Of a stretch of DNA of 30,917 nucleotides, positions 1 to 9,260 are shown in pieces. Made by a program: the position numbers and the translations under genes. Source of the stretch: Gemmatimonadota bacterium (GTDB lineage Bacteria > Gemmatimonadota > Gemmatimonadetes > Palauibacterales > KS3-K002). Below the pieces are notes generated by a model that saw nothing but the letters and a program-made list of their open reading frames with translations, searched no databases and had not been told where the DNA came from. The DNA lies in assembly GCA_039586255.1 (NCBI GenBank), contig JBDHKT010000001.1, positions 1-30,917 of the forward strand, in the 5' to 3' direction. How positions within the stretch are numbered: position 1 is the first letter of the stretch; each line of letters starts with the position of its first letter.

Positions 1-393
1 CCGCGCCCGTCGTCCCTGCGTATCACCGTGGATGGCGAAGAACACATAACCAGCGGAATCGGAGTCGAGGTGGCCAACATGCCGGGCCTGACGGCGCCGA
101 TGCTGAGGCGGCCCGTAGGTCTCGTTCCGGACGGGCGGCCCGACGATGGCCTGCTCGACGTTTGCGTGTTGGCAGTCGAGACGACCTTCGATTTCCTGTC
201 GGCGATGACTTCGATCATCGCGCGGCGCTACGGGCGGAATCCGCGGCTGCGCTACTTCCGGGGACGTGAGATTGTTGTCGAAGCCGATCCGCCGCTACCC
301 GTGCAGATTGATGGCGAGCGGCTAGATAGGACGACACCGTTCGAAGCTAAGGTTCGACCCCGAGCCCTGAACGTTGTCGTACCGGTCGAATAG
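1..393 (+). CDS. Diacylglycerol/lipid kinase family (YegS/BmrU-like), C-terminal part, 5'-truncated by the window edge
   Basis: Frame 1 is open from base 1. [11 protein letters not shown] and VQIDGE are typical of the YegS/DAGK C-terminal lobe. Confidence 0.8.
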   Translation, partial: PRPSSLRITVDGEEHITSGIGVEVANMPGLTAPMLRRPVGLVPDGRPDDGLLDVCVLAVETTFDFLSAMTSIIARRYGRNPRLRYFRGREIVVEADPPLPVQIDGERLDRTTPFEAKVRPRALNVVVPVE

Positions 394-414
394 AGAGGTG
401 TGGGTGTAGCCCCG

Positions 415-3231
415 ATGCACGGCGAGTTCCTGATCGTCCGCGGCGCGCGAGAGCATAACCTCAAGAGTATCGACATCCGTGTTCCCCGCAACGAGCTCAC
501 GGTCATCACCGGGCTCTCGGGGTCCGGGAAGTCCAGTCTTGCCTTCGACACGATCTACGCGGAGGGCCAGCGTCGCTACGTCGAATCGCTATCCGCCTAC
601 GCACGCCAGTTCCTGGGGCTCATGGAGAAGCCGGATGTCGATTCGATCGAGGGTCTCTCGCCCGCGATCGCTATCGAGCAGAAGACGGCGGGACGGAATC
701 CGCGCTCTACGGTCGGTACGATCACCGAGATCTACGACTACCTGCGCTTGCTGTGGGCGCGATGCGGGACGCCTCACTGCCCCTCCTGCTCGAAACCGGT
801 CCGCCGGCAGACGCCGGAGCAGGTAGCCGATGCCGTGCTGGACTGGCCGCAGAAGACTCGGATCGAGGTGCTCGCCCCGCTCGTCAGGGGCCGCAAAGGG
901 GAATTCCGCGATCTTTTCGAGCGGGCGCGCAAAGATGGTTTCGTGCGCGTGCGGGTGGATGGCACGACCTACGACCTGAACGACCCGCCGAAGCTCAACC
1001 GCCGTGTGAACCACGACATCGCGATCGTCGTCGACCGGCTGAGCGTGCGGGCCGGCGACAGAGCCCGTCTGACCGACTCGATCGAGATCGCGCTACGCAC
1101 CGCCGACGGTGTGGTGCAGGTCGATCGCTACACCGATGGTGGCGAACCCGAGAGCCAGCTCTTCAGCGAGCGCTACGCATGCCCCGACTGCGGAATAAAC
1201 CTGCCCGAGCTCGAGCCGCGACAGTTCTCCTTCAACTCGCCGTACGGCGCCTGCCCGGCATGTGGTGGCTTGGGCGTACGGAAGGTGGCGAACCCCGACC
1301 TGATGCTCGCCGATGCACGGCTCTCGTTGCTCGAGGGTGTCCTTATCCCATGGGGCTCGCCGGTCGGGTTCCTGCGCAAACGCGTCATCGAACCGCTGGC
1401 TCGCAAGCATGGTATCGGATCGAACACGCCCTGGTCCGATTTGCCGGAGGGCATGCGGGATGATGTCCTATTCGGGTCCGACGACCTCGATTGGGAGGGT
1501 GCGCTGGCACGGCTCGAGCTGCGCTACCACGAGACGACCAGCGACCGGCTCCGTGTCCGGTTATCGGAGTTCATGTCGGACGCCGTCTGTTCCGACTGCC
1601 ACGGTGCCAGGCTTCGTGGTGAGGCGCTGGCCGTGACTTTCGAGGGTAAGTCGATCGGTGAGGTCGTTGGTCTGACGGCAGGCCGCGCGCTGGAATTCTT
1701 CGCCGCCAGGGGGGCCTACGCCGACGACCCGGTCGCCGGACCGATCGTCAAGCAGATCCTCGAGCGACTGCAGTTCCTCCACGACGTGGGAGTGAGCTAC
1801 CTGACGCTGGGCCGCAGCGCAGAGAGCCTATCGGGAGGGGAGGCCCAACGCATCCGGCTGGCGACGCAGATCGGGTCCAGGCTGGTGGGCGTGCTCTACA
1901 TCCTCGACGAGCCGTCGATCGGCCTCCACCAGCGCGACCACGCGAAGTTGCTGGGTACCCTCGAGTCGCTGCGCGATCTCGGCAACACGGTGATCGTCGT
2001 GGAGCACGACGAGTCGACGATCCGGCGTGCCGACCATGTAGTCGACCTCGGGCCCGGTGCCGGTCGTAGCGGCGGGGAGGTGGTGATGCAGGGAACGCTC
2101 GACGATGTGTTGACGTGCCGGGAGTCGTTGACCGGCGCGTACCTGCGCGGCGAGCGCAAGATAGATGTGCCGAATAGGCGGAGGCCGGGCGCTGGCAAGC
2201 AGTTGGTGGTGCGCGGCGCACGCCAGTACAACCTCAAGAACATCGATGTCGAGTTTCCGCTCGGTTGCTTCATCTGCGTCACAGGGGTGTCGGGCTCGGG
2301 CAAGTCGACGCTCGTCGAGGAGATCCTCTACCGTGAACTGGCGCGTCGACTCTACCGCTCGCGCCTCATCCCCGGCGATCATGAAGCCTTCGAGGGACTC
2401 GAGCATATCGACAAGGTCATCGATGTCGACCAATCGCCGATCGGTAGAACGCCCCGATCCAATCCGGCGACCTACGCCGGCGTTTTCACGCCGATCCGCC
2501 AGCTGTTCGCACAGCTACCCGAGTCGCGTATCCGCGGCTACGAGCCCGGCCGTTTCAGCTTTAATGTCAAGGGCGGCCGCTGTGAGGCCTGTCAGGGCGA
2601 CGGCCTGGTGAAGATCGAGATGCACTTCCTGCCCGATGTATATGTTCCGTGTGAGGTGTGTCGCGGCCGGCGCTACAACCGCGAGACGCTCGAGGTCTTT
2701 TACAAAGGCAAGAGCGTCGCCGATGTCCTGGCGATGACAGTGGACGAAGCACTCGAATTCTTTCAGCCGATACCCACGGTGCGCCGGAAGCTGCAAACCC
2801 TGCGCGACGTCGGCTTGGGCTACCTGACGCTGGGTCAGTCGTCTACCACGCTCTCCGGTGGAGAAGCACAGCGCGTCAAGCTGGCTACCGAGCTCTCCAA
2901 GGTACAGACCGGCCGCACGCTCTACATACTGGATGAGCCGACCACCGGCCTGCACTTCGAGGACATCCGCATGTTGCTGGAAGTGTTGCACCGGCTGGTC
3001 GACCACGGCAACACCGTGGTCGTGATCGAGCATCAGCTCGACGTCATCAAGACGGCCGACTGGATCATCGATCTGGGGCCGGAGGGCGGCGACGAAGGCG
3101 GAGAGGTCGTGGCGGCGGGAGCGCCGGAAGAGGTGGCGCGCAGGAAGCAGAGCTTCACGGGTCAGTACTTGAGGCCGCTACTCAAACGCAAGAGAAAGAA
3201 GCGACGGGAGGCCGAGCATGTCGGAAGCTGA
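415..3231 (+). CDS. uvrA: Excinuclease ABC subunit A
   Basis: GAREHNLK start, two Walker A motifs ([18 protein letters not shown]), two LSGGEAQR signatures, LDEP Walker B, several CxxC pairs. ATG 415 preferred; an in-frame GTG lies at 400. Confidence 0.98.
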   Translation: MHGEFLIVRGAREHNLKSIDIRVPRNELTVITGLSGSGKSSLAFDTIYAEGQRRYVESLSAYARQFLGLMEKPDVDSIEGLSPAIAIEQKTAGRNPRSTVGTITEIYDYLRLLWARCGTPHCPSCSKPVRRQTPEQVADAVLDWPQKTRIEVLAPLVRGRKGEFRDLFERARKDGFVRVRVDGTTYDLNDPPKLNRRVNHDIAIVVDRLSVRAGDRARLTDSIEIALRTADGVVQVDRYTDGGEPESQLFSERYACPDCGINLPELEPRQFSFNSPYGACPACGGLGVRKVANPDLMLADARLSLLEGVLIPWGSPVGFLRKRVIEPLARKHGIGSNTPWSDLPEGMRDDVLFGSDDLDWEGALARLELRYHETTSDRLRVRLSEFMSDAVCSDCHGARLRGEALAVTFEGKSIGEVVGLTAGRALEFFAARGAYADDPVAGPIVKQILERLQFLHDVGVSYLTLGRSAESLSGGEAQRIRLATQIGSRLVGVLYILDEPSIGLHQRDHAKLLGTLESLRDLGNTVIVVEHDESTIRRADHVVDLGPGAGRSGGEVVMQGTLDDVLTCRESLTGAYLRGERKIDVPNRRRPGAGKQLVVRGARQYNLKNIDVEFPLGCFICVTGVSGSGKSTLVEEILYRELARRLYRSRLIPGDHEAFEGLEHIDKVIDVDQSPIGRTPRSNPATYAGVFTPIRQLFAQLPESRIRGYEPGRFSFNVKGGRCEACQGDGLVKIEMHFLPDVYVPCEVCRGRRYNRETLEVFYKGKSVADVLAMTVDEALEFFQPIPTVRRKLQTLRDVGLGYLTLGQSSTTLSGGEAQRVKLATELSKVQTGRTLYILDEPTTGLHFEDIRMLLEVLHRLVDHGNTVVVIEHQLDVIKTADWIIDLGPEGGDEGGEVVAAGAPEEVARRKQSFTGQYLRPLLKRKRKKRREAEHVGS

Positions 3232-3931
3232 ACATCGCCGTGAACCGAAGTATATCTTCCGCTCCTTCGAGGCGTATGCGCTGCCGCGTATGGCGGCGGC
3301 GCTGCCGAAGTGGGTGATGCCGGATCACATGACCGCCCTCGGTGCCCTCTCGGCGGCCGCGATCGGCGTATGCTACGCTTTGTCCGGACACAGCCCGAAC
3401 TACCTTTGGGCTGCTAACATCCTCTGGGTGGTGAACTGGGTCGGAGACAGCCTGGACGGAACATTGGCGCGAGTCCGGCGCATCGAACGGCCGCGCTACG
3501 GCTACTACTTGGACCATACCGTCGACATGTTCTCCGTAGCGTTCGTCTGTCTGGGGCTCGGCTTCTCGCCCTACCTGCTGCTGTCCGTGGCCCTGATGAT
3601 GTTGATCGCCTACTATCTGATGTCCATCAACGTGTACCTCGAGACGTTCGTGATGGGCTCGTTCCAGTTCGGCTATGAGTACATCGGGCCCACCGAGGTG
3701 CGTGTGATCCTCATCCTGGCCGCCAGCGCCCTGGCTCTGGGTTTCGAGCCGGTACTCGAACTTCGCAACGTACCGTTCGGCACGCTCGACTTCCTCACCC
3801 TAATCGGTGTTGCGGTAATGCTGTTGATGCTCCTGCGCCGCGTGGTAGCGAATCTGGGCAGCCTGGCGAAGCTGGAACCGGCCAACGTGGTGAAGGAGCC
3901 GCCGGCGACGGACAGTCCACAGCAGGGCTGA
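3218..3931 (+). CDS. CDP-alcohol phosphatidyltransferase family membrane protein
   Basis: Signature DSLDGTLAR[10 protein letters not shown] (DxxDGxxAR...GxxxDxxxD) and multiple hydrophobic helices. Overlaps the uvrA stop by 14 nt. Confidence 0.9.
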   Translation: MSEAEHRREPKYIFRSFEAYALPRMAAALPKWVMPDHMTALGALSAAAIGVCYALSGHSPNYLWAANILWVVNWVGDSLDGTLARVRRIERPRYGYYLDHTVDMFSVAFVCLGLGFSPYLLLSVALMMLIAYYLMSINVYLETFVMGSFQFGYEYIGPTEVRVILILAASALALGFEPVLELRNVPFGTLDFLTLIGVAVMLLMLLRRVVANLGSLAKLEPANVVKEPPATDSPQQG

Positions 3932-3993
3932 TGACGGAGGTTCGAGAATTGCGTGGCCTCTTGAATGGTCGCAAACGGATGAGGAGTGAGAGC

Positions 3994-4800
3994 ATGAGTC
4001 ATCGAGCTATTCTATCAGCGCTGGTACTCGTTCTCGCCGCTTCGGCGCTGTATGCGCACGAGTTGTTCATCAAGCTCGATACGTACTTCCTCGAGTCGAA
4101 TACGAGAGTACGTGTCCTGTTGCTCAACGGAACGTTCACGAACAGCGAGAATTCGATCACAGCCGACCGTGTGGTCGATGTGGCTCTGGCCGGCCCGGAC
4201 GGTGTGTCCCGGCTGCAGCCGGAAGCCTGGGATGCTTCCTCCGATACGACCTACATAACTCTGCAGACGGGACCGCCGGGCACTTATGTCCTCGGGGTCT
4301 CGACCGGGTCGCGACTGATCGAGCTCGATGCGGAATCGTTCAACGAGTATTTGGAGCACGACGGGATTCTGGATGTCCTCGAAGCACGTCGGGCGACCGG
4401 GAAGCAGGGCGAAGACGCCGTCGAGCGTTATTCTAAGCACGTGAAGGCGGTGTACCAGGTTGGGGACGAGAGGACAGCCGGTTGGTCCCGCACGCTGGGG
4501 TATCCTGTGGAGATCGTACCGCTGGGAAACCCGTACCGACTGGCCCTGGGTCGGGAGCTTGCCTTCCGATGCTTGGTGCGCGGGGAGCCTGCGGCCAACC
4601 AACTGGTAATCGCAGGGGGTGACCTGGAGGGACAGGCGATCGAGGAACGCGACGCCAGGACCGACGACGACGGCGTCGTGCGGTTCACGGTCGATCAAGC
4701 CGGGAAGTGGTACGTGAGATTCATCCACATGGCGGAGACCGAGGAGGAAGGCGTCGACTACGAGTCCAATTGGGCCACGCTCACCTTCGAGGTGAGGTAG
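3994..4800 (+). CDS. Exported DUF4198-like protein
   Basis: SD GAGGAG at 3981, ATG 3994, signal peptide ending ALYA-HEL. The ERYSKHVKA, LGYPVEIVPLGNPY, TDDDGVVRF and YESNWATLTF segments are as I recall them for DUF4198 proteins. Confidence 0.75.
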   Translation: MSHRAILSALVLVLAASALYAHELFIKLDTYFLESNTRVRVLLLNGTFTNSENSITADRVVDVALAGPDGVSRLQPEAWDASSDTTYITLQTGPPGTYVLGVSTGSRLIELDAESFNEYLEHDGILDVLEARRATGKQGEDAVERYSKHVKAVYQVGDERTAGWSRTLGYPVEIVPLGNPYRLALGRELAFRCLVRGEPAANQLVIAGGDLEGQAIEERDARTDDDGVVRFTVDQAGKWYVRFIHMAETEEEGVDYESNWATLTFEVR

Positions 4801-4820
4801 GCAGTCAGAGCAGAGGAACC

Positions 4821-5039
4821 GTGACTTATCTACTGGTCAAACACGGGGTCGCTGATTTCACAGAGTGGAGGCGCGTCTTCGACTCCGACGCCGAGGCTCA
4901 ACGAGAAGCCGGCCTCGAGCTGCTTCATGTACTCCGCGACACGGGCGATTGTAATCTCGTCGTTCTTCTGTTCAGGGTCCACGGTTTGGCTTGTTCGCAG
5001 GTAGCGGCTTCTGCCGGCGAACCTGCGATAGCGGACTAG
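4821..5039 (+). pseudogene. Small ABM/'cyclase'-like ferredoxin-fold protein, apparently 3'-truncated or degenerate
   Basis: SD AGAGGA and GTG 4821. YLLVKHGVADFTEWRRVFDSDAEAQREAGL..VLRD..D.NLVVLLF matches a ~95-aa family, but this ORF is 72 aa and resemblance stops after FRV. Confidence 0.5.
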
Positions 5040-5054
5040 TCTTGGAGCGTTACT

Positions 5055-5573
5055 GTGATGGCATCATTCAAGTCTCTGCTTGAGGAGACGCTCGAGGGCT
5101 GGCGTGATGTACGCCAGGGGCTAATCGAAGAAGTGGAGAACATCCCCGAGGATCGCTTCGACTTCCGGCCGACGCCGGAGGTGAAGAGCGCGACGGAGCT
5201 GGTCCAGCACATCCTCGAGGTGGCTCTGATGATGGCGGGGGAACTGACCCGTGCCGACACGGACTTCCGGCGCGCTGCGTGGCCGGAGCTTCGCGATCTG
5301 CACGCCGCTCATGTTAAGGCGGCTACCACGAAGGCGGAGCTTCTGGATCTTCTCCGGACCACGATCGGTGAGGCGGAGCAGCAGTTCCTGGAGGCGGGCG
5401 AGCTGCAGATGCTGCAGTTCATCATACGCTTCGACGGCGAGCAGGGAACCCGGTTGGCCTGGCTTCAGCACGGCATCGCTCAGGAGATGTACCACCGTGG
5501 CCAACTCGTGCTCTACGAACGATTGATGGGGATCGAGCCGGCGCTCACTCGGAGAATCCGGTCATCCTCGTAG
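5055..5573 (+). CDS. DinB/YfiT family four-helix-bundle protein
   Basis: PEDRFDFRPTPEVKS..ELVQHI N-terminal motif and the C-terminal YHRGQL..YERLMGIEP motif. Confidence 0.85.
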   Translation: MMASFKSLLEETLEGWRDVRQGLIEEVENIPEDRFDFRPTPEVKSATELVQHILEVALMMAGELTRADTDFRRAAWPELRDLHAAHVKAATTKAELLDLLRTTIGEAEQQFLEAGELQMLQFIIRFDGEQGTRLAWLQHGIAQEMYHRGQLVLYERLMGIEPALTRRIRSSS

Positions 5574-5583
5574 GGGCTGTGCC

Positions 5584-7185
5584 ATGGATCGGGACAAAGT
5601 GAGCGAGATTCCGGAGGCGCTGAGGTCAGCGCTGCCCGAGAGATACCGGCTGCAGCGCGTGCTGGGGCGGGGCGGCATGGCCACCGTCTACCTGGCTGAG
5701 GATCTAAGGCACGAGCGGAAGGTGGCCGTCAAGGTGCTGCATCCTGAGCTCGCCGCCTCGATCGCTGGCGAGCGATTCCTCAAGGAGATCGGAATCTCGG
5801 CCCGGCTCAACCATCCACACATCCTCACGCTGATCGACTCCGCCGCGGCTGGCGGGTTCCTCTATTACGTCATGCCGTTCGTTGAGGGCGGATCGCTACG
5901 GGCGCTGCTGGAGCGCGAGGGGCGACTGAAGCCGGCGCGTGCGCTCGAGATCGTCGAGGAGGTGGCCGACGCTCTGAGCTATGCGCATCGGAACAAGATC
6001 GTACATCGCGATATCAAGCCCGAGAACATCCTGCTCGCCGAAGGACACGCCGTAGTCGCCGATTTCGGCGTCGCCAAGGCGATAAGCACGGCCGGCGGAG
6101 CGCAGCTGACTCGAACCGGCTTTCCCGTTGGCACGCTGGGCTACATGAGCCCCGAACAGGCGGCAGGGCGCGCCGATCTCGACGAGAGAACCGATATCTA
6201 CAGCCTTGCCTGCGTTTTCTACGAGACCGTCATCGGTGAGGTCCCGGGGATGTGGATCAGAGACGAGGCCGGTAAGCTTGGCAGGTTCGTGGACGCGCCG
6301 GCCGGCCACCGCGAGAAGCTCGACGTGCTGCCCGGCGCCGTCCAGTTGTCGCTGGTGCGTGCCATGCGCCTGCGCCCGGAGGAACGCTTCATGACCGCGG
6401 GCGAGTTTTCACAAGCGCTGGCAGAGGGCTTCAGTGGTGAGGGGCGCCGGTACAGCGACCGCGAAGCCCAGGAGATCGTGCGGCGCGCGGCAGACATCGA
6501 GGCGCTGCCGACGCGAGACGGGGCAATGTCCCTGGGCGGCATCCAGCAGATCGCTGCCGAGGTGGGGATCGCGCCGGAGCACGTGCAGGAAGCTGCCGGC
6601 GCGCTCGAGGGGTCTCAGGAACCGGAGCTGGAGTCCGGCGGGTTCTTCGGGATCACCGGGAAGATCGAGCTGGAGCGCGTCGTCGAGCTGGAGGTCTCGC
6701 AGGAGATGTACGGCTTGTTGCTCGAGGAGATCCGTGATGCGATCGGCCAGTCCGGGACCGTGAACGAGACGTTCAACCGGTCGCTCTCCTGGGAGCACAA
6801 GCAGTCCGGCTGGGGAGAGCCCAGTCCGCTGCGCATCACCCTGAGCCCAGGGGAAGGGCAGACACGGATCCGGATCAGGGCGTACAAGGGCCAGGACGAA
6901 GATGTGATGAGCATTGTAGCGGTCACCTTCGGCCTCGTGTTCGGGTTGCTCTCCATTGCTCTAATGGGCGAGCTCGGCGCCGGCGTTGCCGGTGGTATCG
7001 CTGTCAGCGGCGCCGTCGCCACTTCCTGGTACGCCTTCCTCCGCGGCATCTTCCACAGGAAGGTACGGGTGCGGCTTCGCACGCTCTCGGGCCTGCTCGA
7101 CCGCCTGGCCGACCACGTCGGCGCTGCCCGCGGGCCCGCTCTACCGAGACCGGGCCCGGAAGAAAACAAGCAGGCGCTCGATTAG
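5584..7185 (+). CDS. Hanks-type Ser/Thr protein kinase with a C-terminal helical domain and TM hairpin
   Basis: GRGGMATVY, VAVK, HRDIKPEN, DFG, GTLGYMSPE and DIYS are all intact. Two hydrophobic helices lie near the C-terminus. Confidence 0.93.
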   Translation: MDRDKVSEIPEALRSALPERYRLQRVLGRGGMATVYLAEDLRHERKVAVKVLHPELAASIAGERFLKEIGISARLNHPHILTLIDSAAAGGFLYYVMPFVEGGSLRALLEREGRLKPARALEIVEEVADALSYAHRNKIVHRDIKPENILLAEGHAVVADFGVAKAISTAGGAQLTRTGFPVGTLGYMSPEQAAGRADLDERTDIYSLACVFYETVIGEVPGMWIRDEAGKLGRFVDAPAGHREKLDVLPGAVQLSLVRAMRLRPEERFMTAGEFSQALAEGFSGEGRRYSDREAQEIVRRAADIEALPTRDGAMSLGGIQQIAAEVGIAPEHVQEAAGALEGSQEPELESGGFFGITGKIELERVVELEVSQEMYGLLLEEIRDAIGQSGTVNETFNRSLSWEHKQSGWGEPSPLRITLSPGEGQTRIRIRAYKGQDEDVMSIVAVTFGLVFGLLSIALMGELGAGVAGGIAVSGAVATSWYAFLRGIFHRKVRVRLRTLSGLLDRLADHVGAARGPALPRPGPEENKQALD

Positions 7186-7208
7186 CGGCAAAACGAAGGA
7201 GACGCACT

Positions 7209-7532
7209 ATGGACCAGACGAGCTCGAGCCTTAGCGTGGCAGAGAAAATGCTGCTGGAACGCTGCTCCGACCTCGAACTCACCCGGCGAAGGGTCCGCCT
7301 CGTCGTGGTCAGCGGCCTCCTGCTCGCCGCAGCCCTCGTCGTCACGGCCCCGCTCATGGGATCGTGGGAGATCCTCCTCTTCTTCGCCGTGGCCTATATC
7401 CTCGTCACGACCTGGGAACGGGTCGGCTATGCCCGCGCCATCTTGGCTTACAAGGGCCTGGTCCTGAAGCTCGCCGCTCGGGCCGAGGCGCTGGAGCGCG
7501 GCGGGGGCAATGAGGGTCCCCCGATCTCTTGA
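7209..7532 (+). CDS. Small two-TM hypothetical membrane protein
   Basis: SD GGAGA upstream; two hydrophobic stretches (VRLVVVSGLLLAAALVV, ILLFFAVAYILV). Confidence 0.65.
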   Translation: MDQTSSSLSVAEKMLLERCSDLELTRRRVRLVVVSGLLLAAALVVTAPLMGSWEILLFFAVAYILVTTWERVGYARAILAYKGLVLKLAARAEALERGGGNEGPPIS

Positions 7533-7558
7533 CACACACCGGTCAGAGTCCATAGCTT
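7529..7558 (+). promoter_or_regulatory. Putative sigma70 promoter TTGACA-N18-TAGCTT
   Basis: Perfect -35 at 7529-7534 and TAnnnT -10 at 7553-7558, at the start of an intergenic gap. Confidence 0.55.
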
Positions 7559-7681
7559 AGGGTCCCTTTCAGCTTCAGACATTCGAGGTTTCTAATCGCT
7601 GGGATGAGGGAACTGCCGGCGTGGGGCTGGACTGTGGTGAAGTGGTGGGGTGTCTCTTGGATCACCGACAGAAAAGATGAC

Positions 7682-7879
7682 ATGCGGGAAAGTAAGCTAA
7701 TTAACAAAACAATCAACGAAGACGCTGGTTCTGAAGTGGCCCATCAGGGCGGCAGAGTAGTAGCGATCGAAGGTAAGCGAAGGGGCTCGAAGGCGTGGCT
7801 GTTCGGCGCCTACACCTTCCTAATCCTATGGGGGATGGCCTATCTGGTCCTGTTCTTCACGGACCGACTCCCCTTCTGA
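7682..7879 (+). CDS. 65-aa single-pass membrane protein, unknown function
   Basis: ATG 7682 after a purine-rich stretch; C-terminal TM helix WLFGAYTFLILWGMAYLVLFF. Lies downstream of the 7529 promoter. Confidence 0.55.
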   Translation: MRESKLINKTINEDAGSEVAHQGGRVVAIEGKRRGSKAWLFGAYTFLILWGMAYLVLFFTDRLPF

Positions 7880-7912
7880 TACCGCAATCCCTGTGATCTC
7901 TGAGGAGGGATC

Positions 7913-8431
7913 TTGGGCGTAGGCTGGATCATCGTGGTTGTGGTGGCGGTGGTTCTGTTCGCCGCCTTCCTGCTAAGCCGCCGTCGTAAGGTGGGGGCGA
8001 GGCCGGAGTCTGAGGCGTCGGTGGAAGAGACGGCGTCGGACGAGGTTGAGGAGACAGCCGAAGTCCCGGAGCTACGCGCCCAGGTCGTGGCACGTGGAGC
8101 GGAGTCGGAGGTGGCAGCTGCGGCTGAGGCGGTGGTGGCGGAGCGGGCCGCGAAGCCAGAGCCGACGGCGAAGGAGTTGCGCTCGCGTGTGGAGGAGCGG
8201 CTGGCGGATTCTGAGCGAATGCTGGGCGAGCTTCACAAGGCGGCCGAGCACGACGATGCGGTGGCGCAGCGGGTGGGTGGCGGGACGATGGAGATCATGG
8301 AAGAGGGGCTTCAAGAGGTCCGGTCACTGGCGGAGCATAAGAAGTGGAGCCAGGCCAAGGACAAGGCCGAGGCCCTTCATGCGCAGCTCTCGCTGATGCT
8401 GCAGAGCGCCCGCCGCGAGAAAGCTTCCTGA
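7913..8431 (+). CDS. N-terminally anchored membrane protein with an acidic linker and helical C-domain
   Basis: SD GAGGAG 5 nt before TTG 7913; TM helix followed by RRRK (positive-inside), then an E/A-rich linker. Confidence 0.75.
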   Translation: MGVGWIIVVVVAVVLFAAFLLSRRRKVGARPESEASVEETASDEVEETAEVPELRAQVVARGAESEVAAAAEAVVAERAAKPEPTAKELRSRVEERLADSERMLGELHKAAEHDDAVAQRVGGGTMEIMEEGLQEVRSLAEHKKWSQAKDKAEALHAQLSLMLQSARREKAS

Positions 8432-8511
8432 CCTGGCCAATCAGCCGCAGCATCCTAATATTGCCATGATGGATGGACGAGGCCGCGCAGGCTTGAGCTG
8501 GTCTGCGGGGC

Positions 8512-8538
8512 GGAAACTCCCGGCTCGCCGGGGTCGTA
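8512..8538 (+). promoter_or_regulatory. Candidate ECF-sigma promoter GGAAAC-N17-CGTA, possibly driving a leaderless transcript
   Basis: AAAC and CGTA elements in ECF-type spacing. ATG 8546 lies 7 nt downstream with no SD. Confidence 0.35.
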
Positions 8539-8545
8539 GTCTGAG

Positions 8546-8848
8546 ATGATGCCCGTGGTATACCTCGTGGCGCTGTTCTTCGTGGCTATTCTGGCGAAGA
8601 TCGTGCTGGTCGATTCGCCGCTAGGCAAGGCACTGGGTGAAGCGGCGCGGAATCTGGTGCCGCCGAAGGCGCCCGAGGGAGCGGTCTCGCAGGGCGAGAT
8701 GGACAGCCTGAAGCGTGATGTGGAAGGGCTTCGCGACCAGCTGGAGCGTGTGGTCGAGGAGCAGGCCTTCCTGACGCGGCTGCTGTCGGAGCCCAAGCAG
8801 ATGAAGCTGGGTCCGAGCGAGGCCGAGGACTCTGACACCCGAACCTAG
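8546..8848 (+). CDS. TM plus coiled-coil small protein (PspB/PspC-like topology)
   Basis: N-terminal TM, then a heptad segment MDSLKRDVEGLRDQLERVVEEQAFLTRLL. First gene of the pspA cluster. Confidence 0.7.
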   Translation: MMPVVYLVALFFVAILAKIVLVDSPLGKALGEAARNLVPPKAPEGAVSQGEMDSLKRDVEGLRDQLERVVEEQAFLTRLLSEPKQMKLGPSEAEDSDTRT

Positions 8849-8860
8849 GCGGAGGCCGGA

Positions 8861-9250
8861 ATGGTCACGCGCGAGGATGTAGAAGGCTACCTACTCCGGA
8901 TGGAGCTGCCGTTCCAGGAGATCGAGGAGGGGCTCTGGGTCATCGGAGACGGCCAAGATGCGGCGCCGGTCTTCGTGACTTACACGCCTCCGCTGCTCCT
9001 GGTGCGGGTCGAGGTCATGGATGCGCCGCAGGATGAAGAGTTACGGAACGGACTGTTCCGCGAGCTTCTCGAGCTGAATGCTACCGATATGGTGCACGGT
9101 GCCTACGGCCTGGATGAGAACGAGATCGTGATGATCGACACAATGCAGCTGGCAGACCTGGACTTCAGCGAGCTACAGGCCTCGCTGGAGAGCATTATGC
9201 TGGCTTTGCGGGGGCACTACGAGACGTTGCTGCGTTACAGAAAGCCATAG
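8861..9250 (+). CDS. CesT/YbjN (type III secretion chaperone-fold) protein
   Basis: 129 aa and acidic, with LFRELLELNA..MVHGAYGLD..EIV typical of CesT/YbjN folds; SD GGAGG. Confidence 0.8.
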   Translation: MVTREDVEGYLLRMELPFQEIEEGLWVIGDGQDAAPVFVTYTPPLLLVRVEVMDAPQDEELRNGLFRELLELNATDMVHGAYGLDENEIVMIDTMQLADLDFSELQASLESIMLALRGHYETLLRYRKP

Positions 9251-9260
9251 AGAGAGAGCT

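Noticed and set aside
8861-9250. Type III secretion system implied by the CesT-fold gene
   Set aside because: No T3SS structural or effector genes in the window; CesT/YbjN folds also occur stand-alone and next to pspA.
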